Below, in pieces: positions 22,724-33,289 of a stretch of 33,289 nucleotides of DNA. The DNA is taken from the NCBI RefSeq assembly GCF_006345805.1, contig NW_021832057.1:1-33289 (forward strand), in the 5' to 3' direction. Under the pieces are notes generated by a model. That model made no database searches, was not told the DNA's origin, and saw nothing but the letters and a program-made list of their open reading frames with translations. Made by a program: the position numbers and the translations under genes. The stretch's first letter is position 1, and each line of letters opens with the position of its first letter. The stretch comes from Octopus sinensis. Its lineage: Eukaryota.

Positions 22724-22830
22724 AAGTTTCCATAAACCAAATGCATTCATAAACCATTGGTCGGCCCAGGGCTATAGTAGAAAACACTTGCCCAAGTTTC
22801 TTCGCAGAGGGAACCAAAGACAACACGGCT
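22724..22830 (-). mobile_element. Diverged left half of SINE group A
   Basis: TTGGTCGGCCCAGGGCTATAGTAGAAAACACTTGCCCAAG next to a (TGTA)n tract; no right half. Confidence 0.7.
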
Positions 22831-23439
22831 GCGAAGAAAACCATACCTGCATCTACATGGGCAAACAAAAGAAAGAACACATTGGATAATGCTATTCCCC
22901 CATTCTACAAAATACAACAATGAAACGACGGAATGACTACGGCTATATTTTTTCAAAGAACTGGCTAAAACATTGCAAGATTTGAACCGAGAAATTACAG
23001 AAAGAAGAAACAACATAATGCAATTAGTTCGATGCTGCTCTCTAACATCCCATCTACACCAGCGCTCCGTTTCACCTTTAACGTTGCCAACAAATTAATC
23101 TTAACGAAGGGAAATCTGCATTGCACCAATTTAAGCACAACCGTCATTATACGGTCATAGACAACAAGACGTCCTTAATAAAGATTAAAACTAAATCTTA
23201 ATCAGTCTATTGTGATATACTTATTACTGTCATACGCTTACCAGTCGATGTCATTATATATGAAACTCCACGTGATATAGTCGTATAATTACTATGGCAT
23301 AGCATTAGTGGTATTATTACAGTCATATATAATGTTGGTTAGAAATATTTCATAGAGGGGATAATGCATATTCAGACGAGAGCAATCAAATCATTAGTGT
23401 CGCAGATTTATTCGATAACATGATACAAGACATATGGCC

Positions 23440-23583
23440 ATAGTGATGATGATGATGATCGGCGGCGACGGCAGCGGCAGCGCCATTATCATCAGCATCG
23501 TCGTTGTCGTCGTCGTCGTCGTCATCATTATATCATTATCATCATCGTCATCGTCATCATCATCATCGTCGTCGTCGTCGTCG

Positions 23584-23623
<40 letters not shown>

Positions 23624-23926
23624 TATCATCATCTCATCATCATCATCATCATCATCATCATTTTCTTTATCATATCATCATTATCATCATCATCATCAAC
23701 AGCTCATCTTCCTCATCTTCATCATCATCATCATCTCATCGTCGTCGTCATCAACATCATCATGGTCGTCGTCATCATCATCATCATCATCATCATTATC
23801 ATCATATTCATAATCATCGTATTCATCATCATCATCATCATCATCGTATTCATCAACATCATCATCATTATTATCCTCATCACCACCACCAACCAACAAC
23901 CGTCATCGTCATCGTCGTCTTCATAG

Positions 23927-23961
<35 letters not shown>

Positions 23962-24536
23962 GTCAACATCATCATCGTTATCATCATAATCATTATCTTC
24001 ATCATCAGCAACAACAATACCACCAAGTGATAACCACCATCATTATCATCATTATAACCACCACCACCGCCACCACCACCACCACTACCACCACTGATAC
24101 CATCCCCGCTATCACCGCCAAATGACCATCACAATAGCAGCAGCAGCATCGGCAGCAACAAGGGTATCAACATCATCATCATCATCATCATCATCGACTG
24201 CATTTAACATCATCAACAGCAACAGTAAAAGTAGCGTCAGTAACAGCAAGCAACTGCAACAACATCAGCCGCATCAGTAACAGCATCAGTGTTATAGTCA
24301 TCATAGTCATCATATTCAACTTGACAATTGCCCCTCTCCAATATCAATATAATCATGACCGTCAACACAGAACCTTTTTCCCGTTGCAGACATCACTCTC
24401 ATCATCACCATCCTCCTCGCCCTCCTCCTCCTCATCATCATCATCATCATCACCATCATCATCGTCGTCGTCGTCGTCGTCACCATCATAATAGTCATCA
24501 CCATCATTATCATTATCGTCGTCATCGTCATCGTCG

Positions 24537-24567
<31 letters not shown>

Positions 24568-25300
24568 TATCGCTGTTGTCATCGTCATCATCATCATCAT
24601 CATTATTGCTGTTGTCATCGTCATCATCATCATCATTATCATCGTCGTCGTCATCACCATCATTATCATCATCGTCGTCATCGTTGTCGTTGTAATCATC
24701 ATCATCATCATCATCATAATCATCATAGTCATCGTCATCATCATATTCATCACCATCATTATCCAAGCTGGCAGAATCGTTAGGAAACCGGACAAAATAC
24801 TTAGAGGTATTTGGTGAGTCATTACGTTCTGAATTCATATTCTGTCGAGGTTGACTTTGCCTTTCATCGTTTCGGGGTCGATAAAATAAGTACCAGTCAC
24901 ATAATGGGGTCGATGTATCGACTATTCCCCTGCCCCAACATTTCAAGCTTTGTGCCTTTAATAGAAAAGATTATCATTATCATCGTCGACTTTGTCATCA
25001 TCAATTTCATCTCCATCATTATCATTATCATCTTCAACAACACCGCCGCGTCGTCGTGATCATCATCATTATCATCATCACCACCGACAGCACTGAGGCT
25101 ACCGTCACCATCATCATGATGAGCATCGTCATAATCCTTGGCATTGTCATCAGATTATCGTAATCATCATCAACATCAGCAACATCACCATCAGCAGTAG
25201 GGTCACTATTTGTACCTTCACCATCAATATGGACAATTTCGGTCGCTTTTAATCACCATCATCGGAATCAGCATGAACAAGAACAACGACAGCAATAACA
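23440..25300. repeat. ~1.9-kb mosaic triplet tract (CAT/CGT/TAT/CAC/CAG), interrupted by a SINE
   Basis: Direct reading; source of the poly-His/Ser/Ile/Asp/Met ORFs. Confidence 0.9.
24766..24973 (+). mobile_element. Group B/C SINE monomer, tail type C
   Basis: AGCTGGCAGAATCGTTAG head, GACTTTGCCTTTCATCGTTTCGGGGTCGATAAAATAAGTACCAG, and tail TTGTGCCTTTAATAGAAAAGATTAT. Confidence 0.85.
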
Positions 25301-25367
25301 AAAACTTTCTTAAATATACAACCTATGAAATTAGGATATTTGTGTTGTCAGGCCTGCGGATTTAACA

Positions 25368-25438
25368 ATGATGGGTATAATGGGCTTCGTATATTTTACC
25401 CCAGTGTCACTTTGATGGCATGCACTGCTCTCTAACTC
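25368..25438 (+). mobile_element. Short 3' end of the same retroelement as 461-912, followed by (TAA)n
   Basis: Sequence match to 843-912. Confidence 0.75.
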
Positions 25439-25473
<35 letters not shown>

Positions 25474-25547
25474 CCGATGAGAATGCATCGTATCTCTTAG
25501 CTTCCGGCATTTGAAACTCTGAGTCCTATTATGATTTTCCTAAACTA

Positions 25548-25891
25548 TACTCTTTTACTCTTTTACTCTTTTACTTGTTTCAGTCATGCTGGAGTACCGC
25601 ATTTAATCGAGCAACTCGACCCCGGGACTTATTCTTTTGTAAGCCCAGTACTTATTCTATCGGTCTCTTTTGCTGAACCGCTAAGTAACGGGGACATAAA
25701 CACACCAGCATCGGTTGTCAAGCAATGCTAGGGGGACAAACACAGACACACAAACACACACACACATATATATATATATATACGACTTGCTTCTTTCAGT
25801 TTCCGTCTACCAAATCCACTCACAAGGCTTTGGTCGGCCCGAAGCTATAGTAGAAGACACTTGCCCAAGATGCCACGCAGTGGGACTGAAC
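25548..25891 (-). mobile_element. SINE group A, 5'-truncated at the B box
   Basis: Reverse-complement match that ends at GACTGAAC; the head is absent. Confidence 0.9.
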
Positions 25892-26640
25892 TATACATAC
25901 ATAAATATATATATGCGCGCGCGTGCGTGTGTGTGTACATGTTTGTGGAGTTTTATATAGTCTCTTTACTCTGACTTGTCCATCCTTCTAGTAAAATGGA
26001 ATATGTTCTGGATTTTTAGTTTGCGGAAATATTTACATTGATATTGGACGTTTTCCGTCATCGATAATCTTATGTAGACTAGATGATGCTTAAGTATTCG
26101 TTTCTAGTTTTGTCTTACACGTACGTACTTGTATATGTGTCTGTATGAGTGTGTCTCTGTGTGGGTATGTATGTGTGTGGGTGTGTGTCCGAGTGTGAGC
26201 GTTGGCGTGTGTGTGTACGCGTGTGTTAGAGTTACAGTCTATCTGTCTTCATTTGGTATTTATGTTCCTGTCATATATCTCCTACTTGCGCTTCGTTCCC
26301 GTCCTGAACTCTCTACATATATCATTTCATGTGAAGATATAGAGAAGTAAGAATACGTATTTATTTGTGTGCATATGTCAACATTTACATTTTTAACTGT
26401 GTAATCAATATATATTTACATTTTTAATTAACCAATTATTTGTCAATTACTTCCAAATAATTCATACATATACGCTGTCTATATAAAATACTTTTTCAAA
26501 TCATGGTAATTAACTATATTTCCCTAAACACAAGTCTAAATCTCGAGACTGTTCCACTTTAATCCTTCACAATTTTCATCATATATCCTCTCGATAATCA
26601 AATAGTATACATACATCATATATACATACATACATTATAT

Positions 26641-26712
<72 letters not shown>

Positions 26713-26714
26713 TA

Positions 26715-26945
26715 TATTTCTTTATTGCCCACAGGGGAACTAAACATAGAGGGAACAAAAGAGGACAGAAAAAGGGATTATGTCGATCACATCGACTCCA
26801 GTGCGTACCTGGTACTTATTTAACGGACCCCGAAAGGATGAAAGGCGAAGTCGACCTCGGTGGAATTTGAACTCAGAACGTAGCGGCAGACGAAATACCG
26901 CTAAGCATTTTGCCTGACGTGCTAACGATTCTGTCAGCTCGCCAC
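26715..26945 (-). mobile_element. Group B SINE monomer (B tail)
   Basis: GTGGCGAGCTGACAGAATCGTTAGCACG head through CCCCTGTGGGCAATAAAGAAATA; the 3' flank is (TA)n. Confidence 0.9.
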
Positions 26946-27002
26946 ATTAGTGTATAATATTATATATATATATATATATATGTACACATGTATATATATA
27001 AT

Positions 27003-27047
<45 letters not shown>

Positions 27048-27785
27048 CATATATATATGTACATACGTATATATATATATACATATAATAATATATATAT
27101 ATGTATATATATCATATTATATATATATATATATTCCGACCCATATAGTGTACACTCATCTGAGATATAAACAACTTTTCCTGTGATTGAAATATCCCTC
27201 ATTTCGCAAGATTTTATTTATTTTGAAAAAAATCCCCCTTTAATTACATTAATTACTATGCAAAGTGTTTACTTTCTATCTTTAAAACTTTATTAATGTT
27301 ACGCACATAAAAATCAATTGCTTACATTAATTTAACTCTAGGCTTTTAAAATTAATCCTATATATCAAACTAAAGCGATAAAATGGTCGTTTTTCCTGAA
27401 ATAGCAAGTATTAATTACCTTCCTTTCACAAACTAATCAATTTCATTCTCTTGTTTATATTCTCTTGAAACTCAAACACATATTAATTTACATACACTTT
27501 TTCAAACGTAGAATTATACGGCTCCGCGATGTACCTAATGGGAAATTCAAGGAATATATTTTTACCATTTCATTACATTTACAGTTTTCTCATCGTCATT
27601 TCTATTGCATTTCCATAAATAAATGAACACTAAGGATGAAATAATTAACAAAACTCCTGAAATCGGTGCCCCAGCATAGCTGCAATTCGATGGCTGAAAA
27701 TAATAAAGAACAAAAAGAATTGAAGTAGACCTACACACACAAACACATACACACAGAATATCACACACACAAACACACACACCAC

Positions 27786-27865
<80 letters not shown>

Positions 27866-27975
27866 CAGGGTGCGTAAGATATTTGAGAACAGATTTATGA
27901 AAACAGATATACAATAGCAGATAATAACTTTATAAAAAAATGCTATCTGAATAAAATTTTATCTTTTCTATAATG

Positions 27976-28900
27976 TTATTCAATAAAGCCACCTTTAGCT
28001 TCAATAACTGCTTCTATATGATATCTAAATCATCTACATGCGCGAATCAAGTGGTCGTGCTTCATTTTGGACGTTACTCTGAATATGGCAGCTTTCAAAG
28101 AATCTTTCGTGTTATATGCCTGTTAATTGGCCGCTTGTAATAGACCAATGGATTGAGATCTGGGGAATAAGGAGGCCAAATGTTAGGAGTTATGTGATCA
28201 TGAAACTTTTCAGCCATCCATTCCTGTGGTACTAGAGCCATGTGTGATAGTACAGAGTCTTATTGAAACACCTATGGCCTTCTATTGCATACACTGTCTA
28301 TCCAAGGCTTAACAATTATTTCTAGGACCTCATTGTAGGCGCCAGAATTAACTTTTTGATTTTGCTCGAGGTTTCTCACGTTTGAGAATAACCAAATCAA
28401 ATCTTATGTTTTAGAGCCTTTTAGATCTGATGTAGGGATTTTCTTTAGCTTTTTCTGACAAATTTCTGACCTTTCCTCATCATATAACATACTGGTGTGT
28501 TTACGTCCCCGTAACTTAGCAGTTCGGCAAAAGAGACCGATAGAATAAATATTAGGCTTACAAAGAATAAGTCCTGGGGTCGATTTGCTCGACTAAAGAT
28601 GGTGCTTCGGCATGGCCACAGTCAAATGACAAACAAATAAAAGAGTAATAGAGTAAAGAGAATAAGACTTATTTCCGATGTCTTCGTGAACAACATTTCC
28701 GATTATTCCTCCTAACACATGGAGATCTTTTGCAATTGACCTCATGGACTTTCTGGGATTGCAATCAATAGTCTGTTGAACTTGCTGGATAAAGTCAGAT
28801 GTCCTGATGATTTCAAAGCTTTAGAATGCTTTTATGCTTTGATATTGTTGATACGTGTCCATCTTTAGTCTCTAGCTCCTTGCAAACTTTGTAGACGAAA
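27976..28900 (-). pseudogene. DD37D transposase pseudogene, split by a SINE and internally deleted
   Basis: The fragments are IRTSDFIQQVQQTIDCNPRKSMRSIAKDLHV, GNVVHEDIGNKSY, [SINE], MRKGQ, WLFSNVRNLEQNQKVN and VKPWIDSVCNRRP*VFQ*DSVLSH...WPPYSPDLNPLVYY. There are 37 residues between the second D and the (mutated) third D position. The C-terminus is IEAKGGFIE*. Confidence 0.88.
28492..28660 (+). mobile_element. Right half only of SINE group A, nested in the maT element
   Basis: CTGGTGTGTTTACGTCCCCGTAACTTAGC through AAAGAGTAATAGAGTAAAGAG; it interrupts the KSY-(V)MRKG coding junction. Confidence 0.9.
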
Positions 28901-29082
28901 AATGTGGTAACTTTTAAAAATCGAGATATTTATAACTCGCTATGTTCAGCATTTATAACCACAATAACAGCATGCCTCTTCATTTCATGAGAAAGCTGAG
29001 GGTCTGTCATTATTATTTTCTGAAACAACGATTATAAAAAGTCAGTAAAATAAGGTATGTCCTGAAATACCTTATGCTCCCT

Positions 29083-29084
<2 letters not shown>

Positions 29085-29169
<85 letters not shown>

Positions 29170-29220
29170 ATCTATCTATGTATCTATCTATGTATGTATT
29201 ATGTATTATTATGTATGTAT

Positions 29221-29276
<56 letters not shown>

Positions 29277-29301
29277 ATATAATATATATATATATATATA
29301 T
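29085..29301. repeat. (TCTA)n followed by (TA)n
   Basis: Direct reading; the only GATA-class array in this orientation. Confidence 0.95.
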
Positions 29302-29461
29302 AGGTGAGAAAGTTGGTGTGTGAAAGCACGTGGTTAGATGTATAAAAAACAGAAAAGAGTGAAAACACTACAGAAGGCTTGTTTTATAAGGTTAAAGAAT
29401 ATATTTAAGTCGTTATGTTAGAATGATATTATAAAATGTTGTGTATAGTAACATAGTTCTT

Positions 29462-29502
29462 GGAGAAATAACCGGTTTCGTGTATACTTTTCAAATTTTT
29501 CC
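29462..29502 (-). ncRNA. Minimal type I hammerhead motif, U3-A8 variant (minus-strand copy)
   Basis: GGAAAAAU UUGAAAA GU-AUAC-AC GAAAC CG GUU AUUUCUCC; stem I pairs 7 of 8. Confidence 0.6.
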
Positions 29503-29526
29503 TTTCTCATGTAGGTAAAGAAATTT

Positions 29527-29565
29527 GAGAAATTTGAAAAGTATACACGAAACCGGTTATTTCTC
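29527..29565 (+). ncRNA. Minimal type I hammerhead motif, U3-A8 variant (plus-strand copy)
   Basis: GAGAAAU UUGAAAA GU-AUAC-AC GAAAC CG GUU AUUUCUC. Stem I is a perfect 7 bp, stem III is the palindrome ACCGGU, and putative cleavage is after 29558. Confidence 0.65.
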
Positions 29566-29685
29566 CAAAAGCTATGTTACTGTACACAAAATTTTATAAC
29601 ATTTTTCTAACATAACGACTTAAATATATTCTTTAACCTTATAAAACAAGCCTTCTGTAGTTTTTTAACTCTTTTATATTTTATA

Positions 29686-29764
29686 TATGTATATATATAT
29701 ATATAATATATATATATATATATTATATATATTATATATATATATATATAGGAGATAGATAGAT

Positions 29765-29807
<43 letters not shown>

Positions 29808-29821
29808 GAGATAGATAGATA

Positions 29822-29859
<38 letters not shown>

Positions 29860-30027
29860 GCATATGTTTTTTGTGTATATTCTTAAATATTTAACATATA
29901 GAGAGAAAATATTTAATACACACACCGATATATGTATTCATACGTGCAGATATCCATGCATACGTACTTATATACATATGCGCATACATACTCATATACA
30001 TATAGACATACATACATATACATATAC

Positions 30028-30071
<44 letters not shown>

Positions 30072-30160
30072 TGGTGTGTGTGTATGTGTGTGTGGTGGTG
30101 TGTGTGTTGTGTTGGTGTGTGGATATGTATGTATACGCATACACACACACACACACATAC
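29686..30160. repeat. (TA)n, (GATA)n (29755-29858), then (CATA)/(TG)n compound tract
   Basis: Direct reading. Confidence 0.9.
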
Positions 30161-30757
30161 ACATTCGTACCTACCCTGCTGATGCTGATTCTAACTTGCA
30201 CTACTTCCGAGGAAAGGAGGATTTCATTCTATTCTCTGTGTGGCAGCATTGTAGAAAATAACTTATTGCAATCAATTTTAACGGTATGTAAGAGTTATTC
30301 CCCTTATCCGCTCTTCATTTTTGTTTTCCTCACTTCTCCTGTCAGTCAAAAAACAGAAGCAAAGTATTTCTACCATTTTTTTTTATATTTCTTCTTTATT
30401 TTTCATTAGACTGCATTCGATTTTTTTTCTTCGTGTGTTCCACTTTTATTCTTTGTTTTATAACATCTCTTTATCACTGGCTTCTTCATATATGTTTCTT
30501 AGTGGAGGTTATCTTTTCGTTTTTATTCGTGTTTCCATTTTCACGTTTACATGTCCAATTTTCTCTCAGTCATTCTCTCCTCTTACTTTTCCTCTTAATT
30601 CTTTTGTCTTTCTCATTTTTCTGTATGGAATTACGCTTCTTTATTTCTTTTCCTCTTCAATTGAATTCGCTTCTCTTTATTAAGCAGTCTCCCTCACTTC
30701 TTTTGTACAGTTCGGTCACCACCATAGCATCACTTAGTGATATTACGACTTCACTGA

Positions 30758-30966
30758 AGGCGGCGGGCATGCAGAATCGTTAGCGGACCGGGAATAACGC
30801 TTAGCAGCATTTCGTTCGTCCTCGTGTTCCGCCGAGGTCGACTTTACCTTTCATCCCTTCTTGATCGATAAAATAAGTACCAGATACGCACTAGGGTCAA
30901 CGTAATTTACTTACACTCTCCCCTTAATTTATTGGTCTTTAATGGCCAAAACTTGAAACTAACATT
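30758..30966 (+). mobile_element. Diverged group B/C SINE monomer
   Basis: GCAGAATCGTTAGC head, CCGCCGAGGTCGACTTTACCTTTCATCC, GATAAAATAAGTACCAG, and tail AAAACTTGAAACTAACATTAT. Confidence 0.8.
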
Positions 30967-31057
30967 ATGACTTCACTTGTTTTCAACTTTTTAATGATCT
31001 ACATCTATATCGAATATATTTAGAAACAAATGGACACGAATAATATTTTCTGTATAT

Positions 31058-31433
31058 ACGCCGAGCGAAATACATAGCGGTATTTCGTCTGCCGCTACGT
31101 TTTGAGTTCAAATTCCGCCGAGGTCGACTTTGACTTTCATCCTTTCGGGGTCGATTAAATAAGTACCAGTTACGCACTGGGATCGATATAATCAACTTAA
31201 TCCGTTTGTCTGTCCTTGTTTGTCCCCTCTGTGTTTAGCTCCTTGTGGGTAGTAAAGAAACAGGTATTTCGTCTGCCTTTATGTTCTGAGATCAAATACC
31301 GCCGAGGTCGAATTTGCCTTTCATTTCTTTCAGGGTTGATAAATTAAGTACCAGTTGCGCACTGGGTCTGATCTAATCGAATGGCCCCTCCCCCAAATAT
31401 TCGGGCCTTGTGCCTAAAGTAGAAAAGATTATT
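31058..31433 (+). mobile_element. Dimeric group B/C SINE (B-tail monomer + C-tail monomer), head partly missing
   Basis: Two tandem GGTATTTCGTCTGCC...AAGTACCAGTT units. The first ends GTGGGTAGTAAAGAAACA and the second CCTTGTGCCTAAAGTAGAAAAGATTATT. Confidence 0.9.
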
Positions 31434-31442
31434 TTCTCTATA

Positions 31443-31830
31443 TAGGTGATAGTATAGTTATGCGGTTAAGAAGTTCCATTCCCTTCCACATGCTTGCTGG
31501 TGAGTGCCTTCTTGTATAGCTCCGGTCAATGAATGCGTTTTGAGTGAACTTGCTAAATAGAAACTGTATGGAAGCGCAGTGTGCATTTTTGTGCATGAAC
31601 GCATGTGTGTACGTGAGTGTGGGAATGTGTATGTGTAACAGTGTTTCCATTTTTTCCTCTTTTTTAACGTCTGCTGAACAAATTAGCGTCACGTTGCTTT
31701 CGTTCCCGTATTTTTGGCGGTCTGTGCGAAAAGCGGCCAGCACAATAAGTATCAGAGTTACGTTTGTCAGGCTGAATACACGAAGGAAATGCACCAGCAT
31801 AGCCGTAGGAAACTCGAGGAATTAAAGAAA
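31443..31830 (+). mobile_element. Old, highly diverged full-length SINE group A
   Basis: Degenerate matches in the correct order: TGCGGTTAAGAAG..CCACATG, TATAGCTCCGG, GAGTGAACTTG..AGAAACTG, TG-rich spacer, TTCCCGTA..GCGG, AATAAGTA, CCAGCATAGCCG. Confidence 0.55.
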
Positions 31831-32224
31831 AAATTATAAAATAATAGAAAGCATATTAGTCTGCTTTAGTCTCGCTCAAACCACGGAATAATCTTTACTG
31901 AGGAACACTAATTAGAGTGAACCAATCGACCACGAGGCAACAGAAAGAGCGACTAAGGAGATATTCTTGTGTGTTGCGTTCGAACATGCTCACACAGAAA
32001 CATACATACACACACATGGATACACACACATGCAGACACACGTACGCAGACACGCCAATGCACTCACACAGCCAAGCCTCTGCCTATCTGTATAAGTTTC
32101 AGGTACGTGATTCCATTCCAGTTGTCTGACGAGCTCGTGGTTTTACAGTTTTAAATACTGTAAAATTTCCTAATAATTGCTTTTCCAAAGCTTCATTTCA
32201 CGTATATATGTATATGTGTGTGTG

Positions 32225-32273
<49 letters not shown>

Positions 32274-32391
32274 GTATGTATGTATGTATGTTATATATAT
32301 ATGTTTATATATTTATATATATATGTATGCATGTATGTAGAAACATATATATGCACATATGCATAATTTAGTATATATTCATATATCTACA

Positions 32392-32784
32392 ACTCTTTTA
32401 TATTTTTACTAGTTTCAGTCACTGGACTGCGACCATGCTGGAGTACCACCTTTAGTCGAGCAAGGGCTATTCTTTGTAAGCCTATTATTTATTCGATCGG
32501 ACTCTTTTTTTGCTGAACACCAGCATCAGTTGCAAACCGATGTGGGGGGGGGGGGGGCAAACACAAACACACACACATACGCACACACAAACACACACAC
32601 ACCCACATATATATACATATATACGACGGTCTTCTTTCAGTTTGCGTCTACCAAATCCATTCACAAGGCTTTGGTCAGCCCGTGGTTATACTAGAAGACA
32701 TTTGCCCAAGGTGCCATGCAGTGGGACTGAACCCGGAACCATGAGGTTGGTAAGCAAGCTACGTACCACACAACCACTCCTGCA
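32392..32784 (-). mobile_element. SINE group A, full length with a right-half deletion
   Basis: Reverse-complement match from GCAGGAGTGGTTGTGTGG to AGAGT. Confidence 0.88.
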
Positions 32785-32798
32785 ACTATGTAGGTTAC

Positions 32799-32818
32799 AT
32801 AGATAGATAGATAGAGAA

Positions 32819-32887
<69 letters not shown>

Positions 32888-32936
32888 CAGACAGACAAGC
32901 AGAAAGTCACACGCACACATATGCATACATACATAC

Positions 32937-32971
<35 letters not shown>

Positions 32972-33079
32972 TGTATATATATATGTAGAGATGTGTGTGT
33001 GTGTGTGTGTGCGTGTGTGTGTGTGTGTGTCTGTGTGTATGTGTGTGTGTGTGCGTGTGTGTGTGTGGTGTGTGTCTGT

Positions 33080-33115
<36 letters not shown>
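32799..33115. repeat. (GATA)n, (TGTA)n and (TG)n compound microsatellite
   Basis: Direct reading. Confidence 0.95.
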
Positions 33116-33289
33116 TAAAGCTGACTGATGTTACATTACTGTGCCGATTTTTTTTCTCCAAAGAGGCTATCATTAAATTTTTTATCAATGAAGAAATTTT
33201 TGAAATATTGAAATATACGATGAACTATATGATAAGATTCTAGAAAGTGAGGTTATGGTTGAAGAAATCGCTTTTGAATCTACCTTTGG

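Larger units (their letters stand above)
27866..29083 (-). mobile_element. Decayed DD37D (maT-type) Tc1/mariner element with both TIRs and TA duplication
   Basis: Left end CAGGGTGCGTAAGATATTTGAGAACAG matches the reverse complement of the right end, AAGGGAGCATAAGGTATTTCAGGACAT, at 20/27. TA is at 27864-27865 and 29084-29085. Confidence 0.88.
29341..29685. repeat. Long inverted repeat: ~160-bp arms (~90% identical) and ~25-nt spacer; two head-to-head hammerhead-bearing units
   Basis: 29341-29501 is the reverse complement of 29527-29685, including a >50-nt perfect stretch and an identical hammerhead core. Confidence 0.95.

Noticed and set aside
30247-30283. Plus-strand 37-nt mini-exon (IVENNLLQSILT) with CAG acceptor and GTATGT donor
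   Set aside because: It is a single short candidate with no compatible neighbours or homology and needs RNA-seq
31888-31925. CTGAGGAACAC...GTGAACC as a hammerhead
   Set aside because: It lacks GAAA and stems I and III

Overview
This is eukaryotic, AT-rich, largely non-coding DNA. Its SINE repertoire and extreme microsatellite load look like an octopus (octopod cephalopod) genome; this is recalled pattern recognition, not a database result. There are no bacterial-type genes, CRISPR arrays, rRNA genes or intact tRNA genes, and nearly all ORFs in the supplied track are microsatellite or antisense artefacts. The window holds three tRNA-headed SINE groups (my labels: A, about 9 copies or half-copies; B/C, about 8 copies including dimers; E, 2 copies). 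It also holds two decayed Tc1/mariner elements with both TIRs (an internally deleted mariner at 9821-10683 and a DD37D/maT element at 27866-29083 with a nested SINE half). Non-LTR remnants are a 5'-truncated Tx1/L1-clade LINE, an R4/Dong-like RT fragment and two (AAT)n-tailed 3' ends. There is also a fold-back MITE-like element, a 70-bp minisatellite and a few candidate minus-strand host exons. The most interesting signal is a set of ~175-210-bp elements sitting in TA microsatellites that carry minimal type I hammerhead ribozyme motifs of the Penelope-associated kind. A long inverted repeat at 29341-29685 carries two oppositely oriented hammerheads with a compensatory U3-A8 core in place of C3-G8. 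A C3-G8 copy lies at 9638-9673 and a degenerate G3-C8 candidate at 8518-8563. The second highlight is a SINE tail matching the Tx1 LINE 3' end (36/44 nt), with two such tails abutting (TCTA)n arrays.
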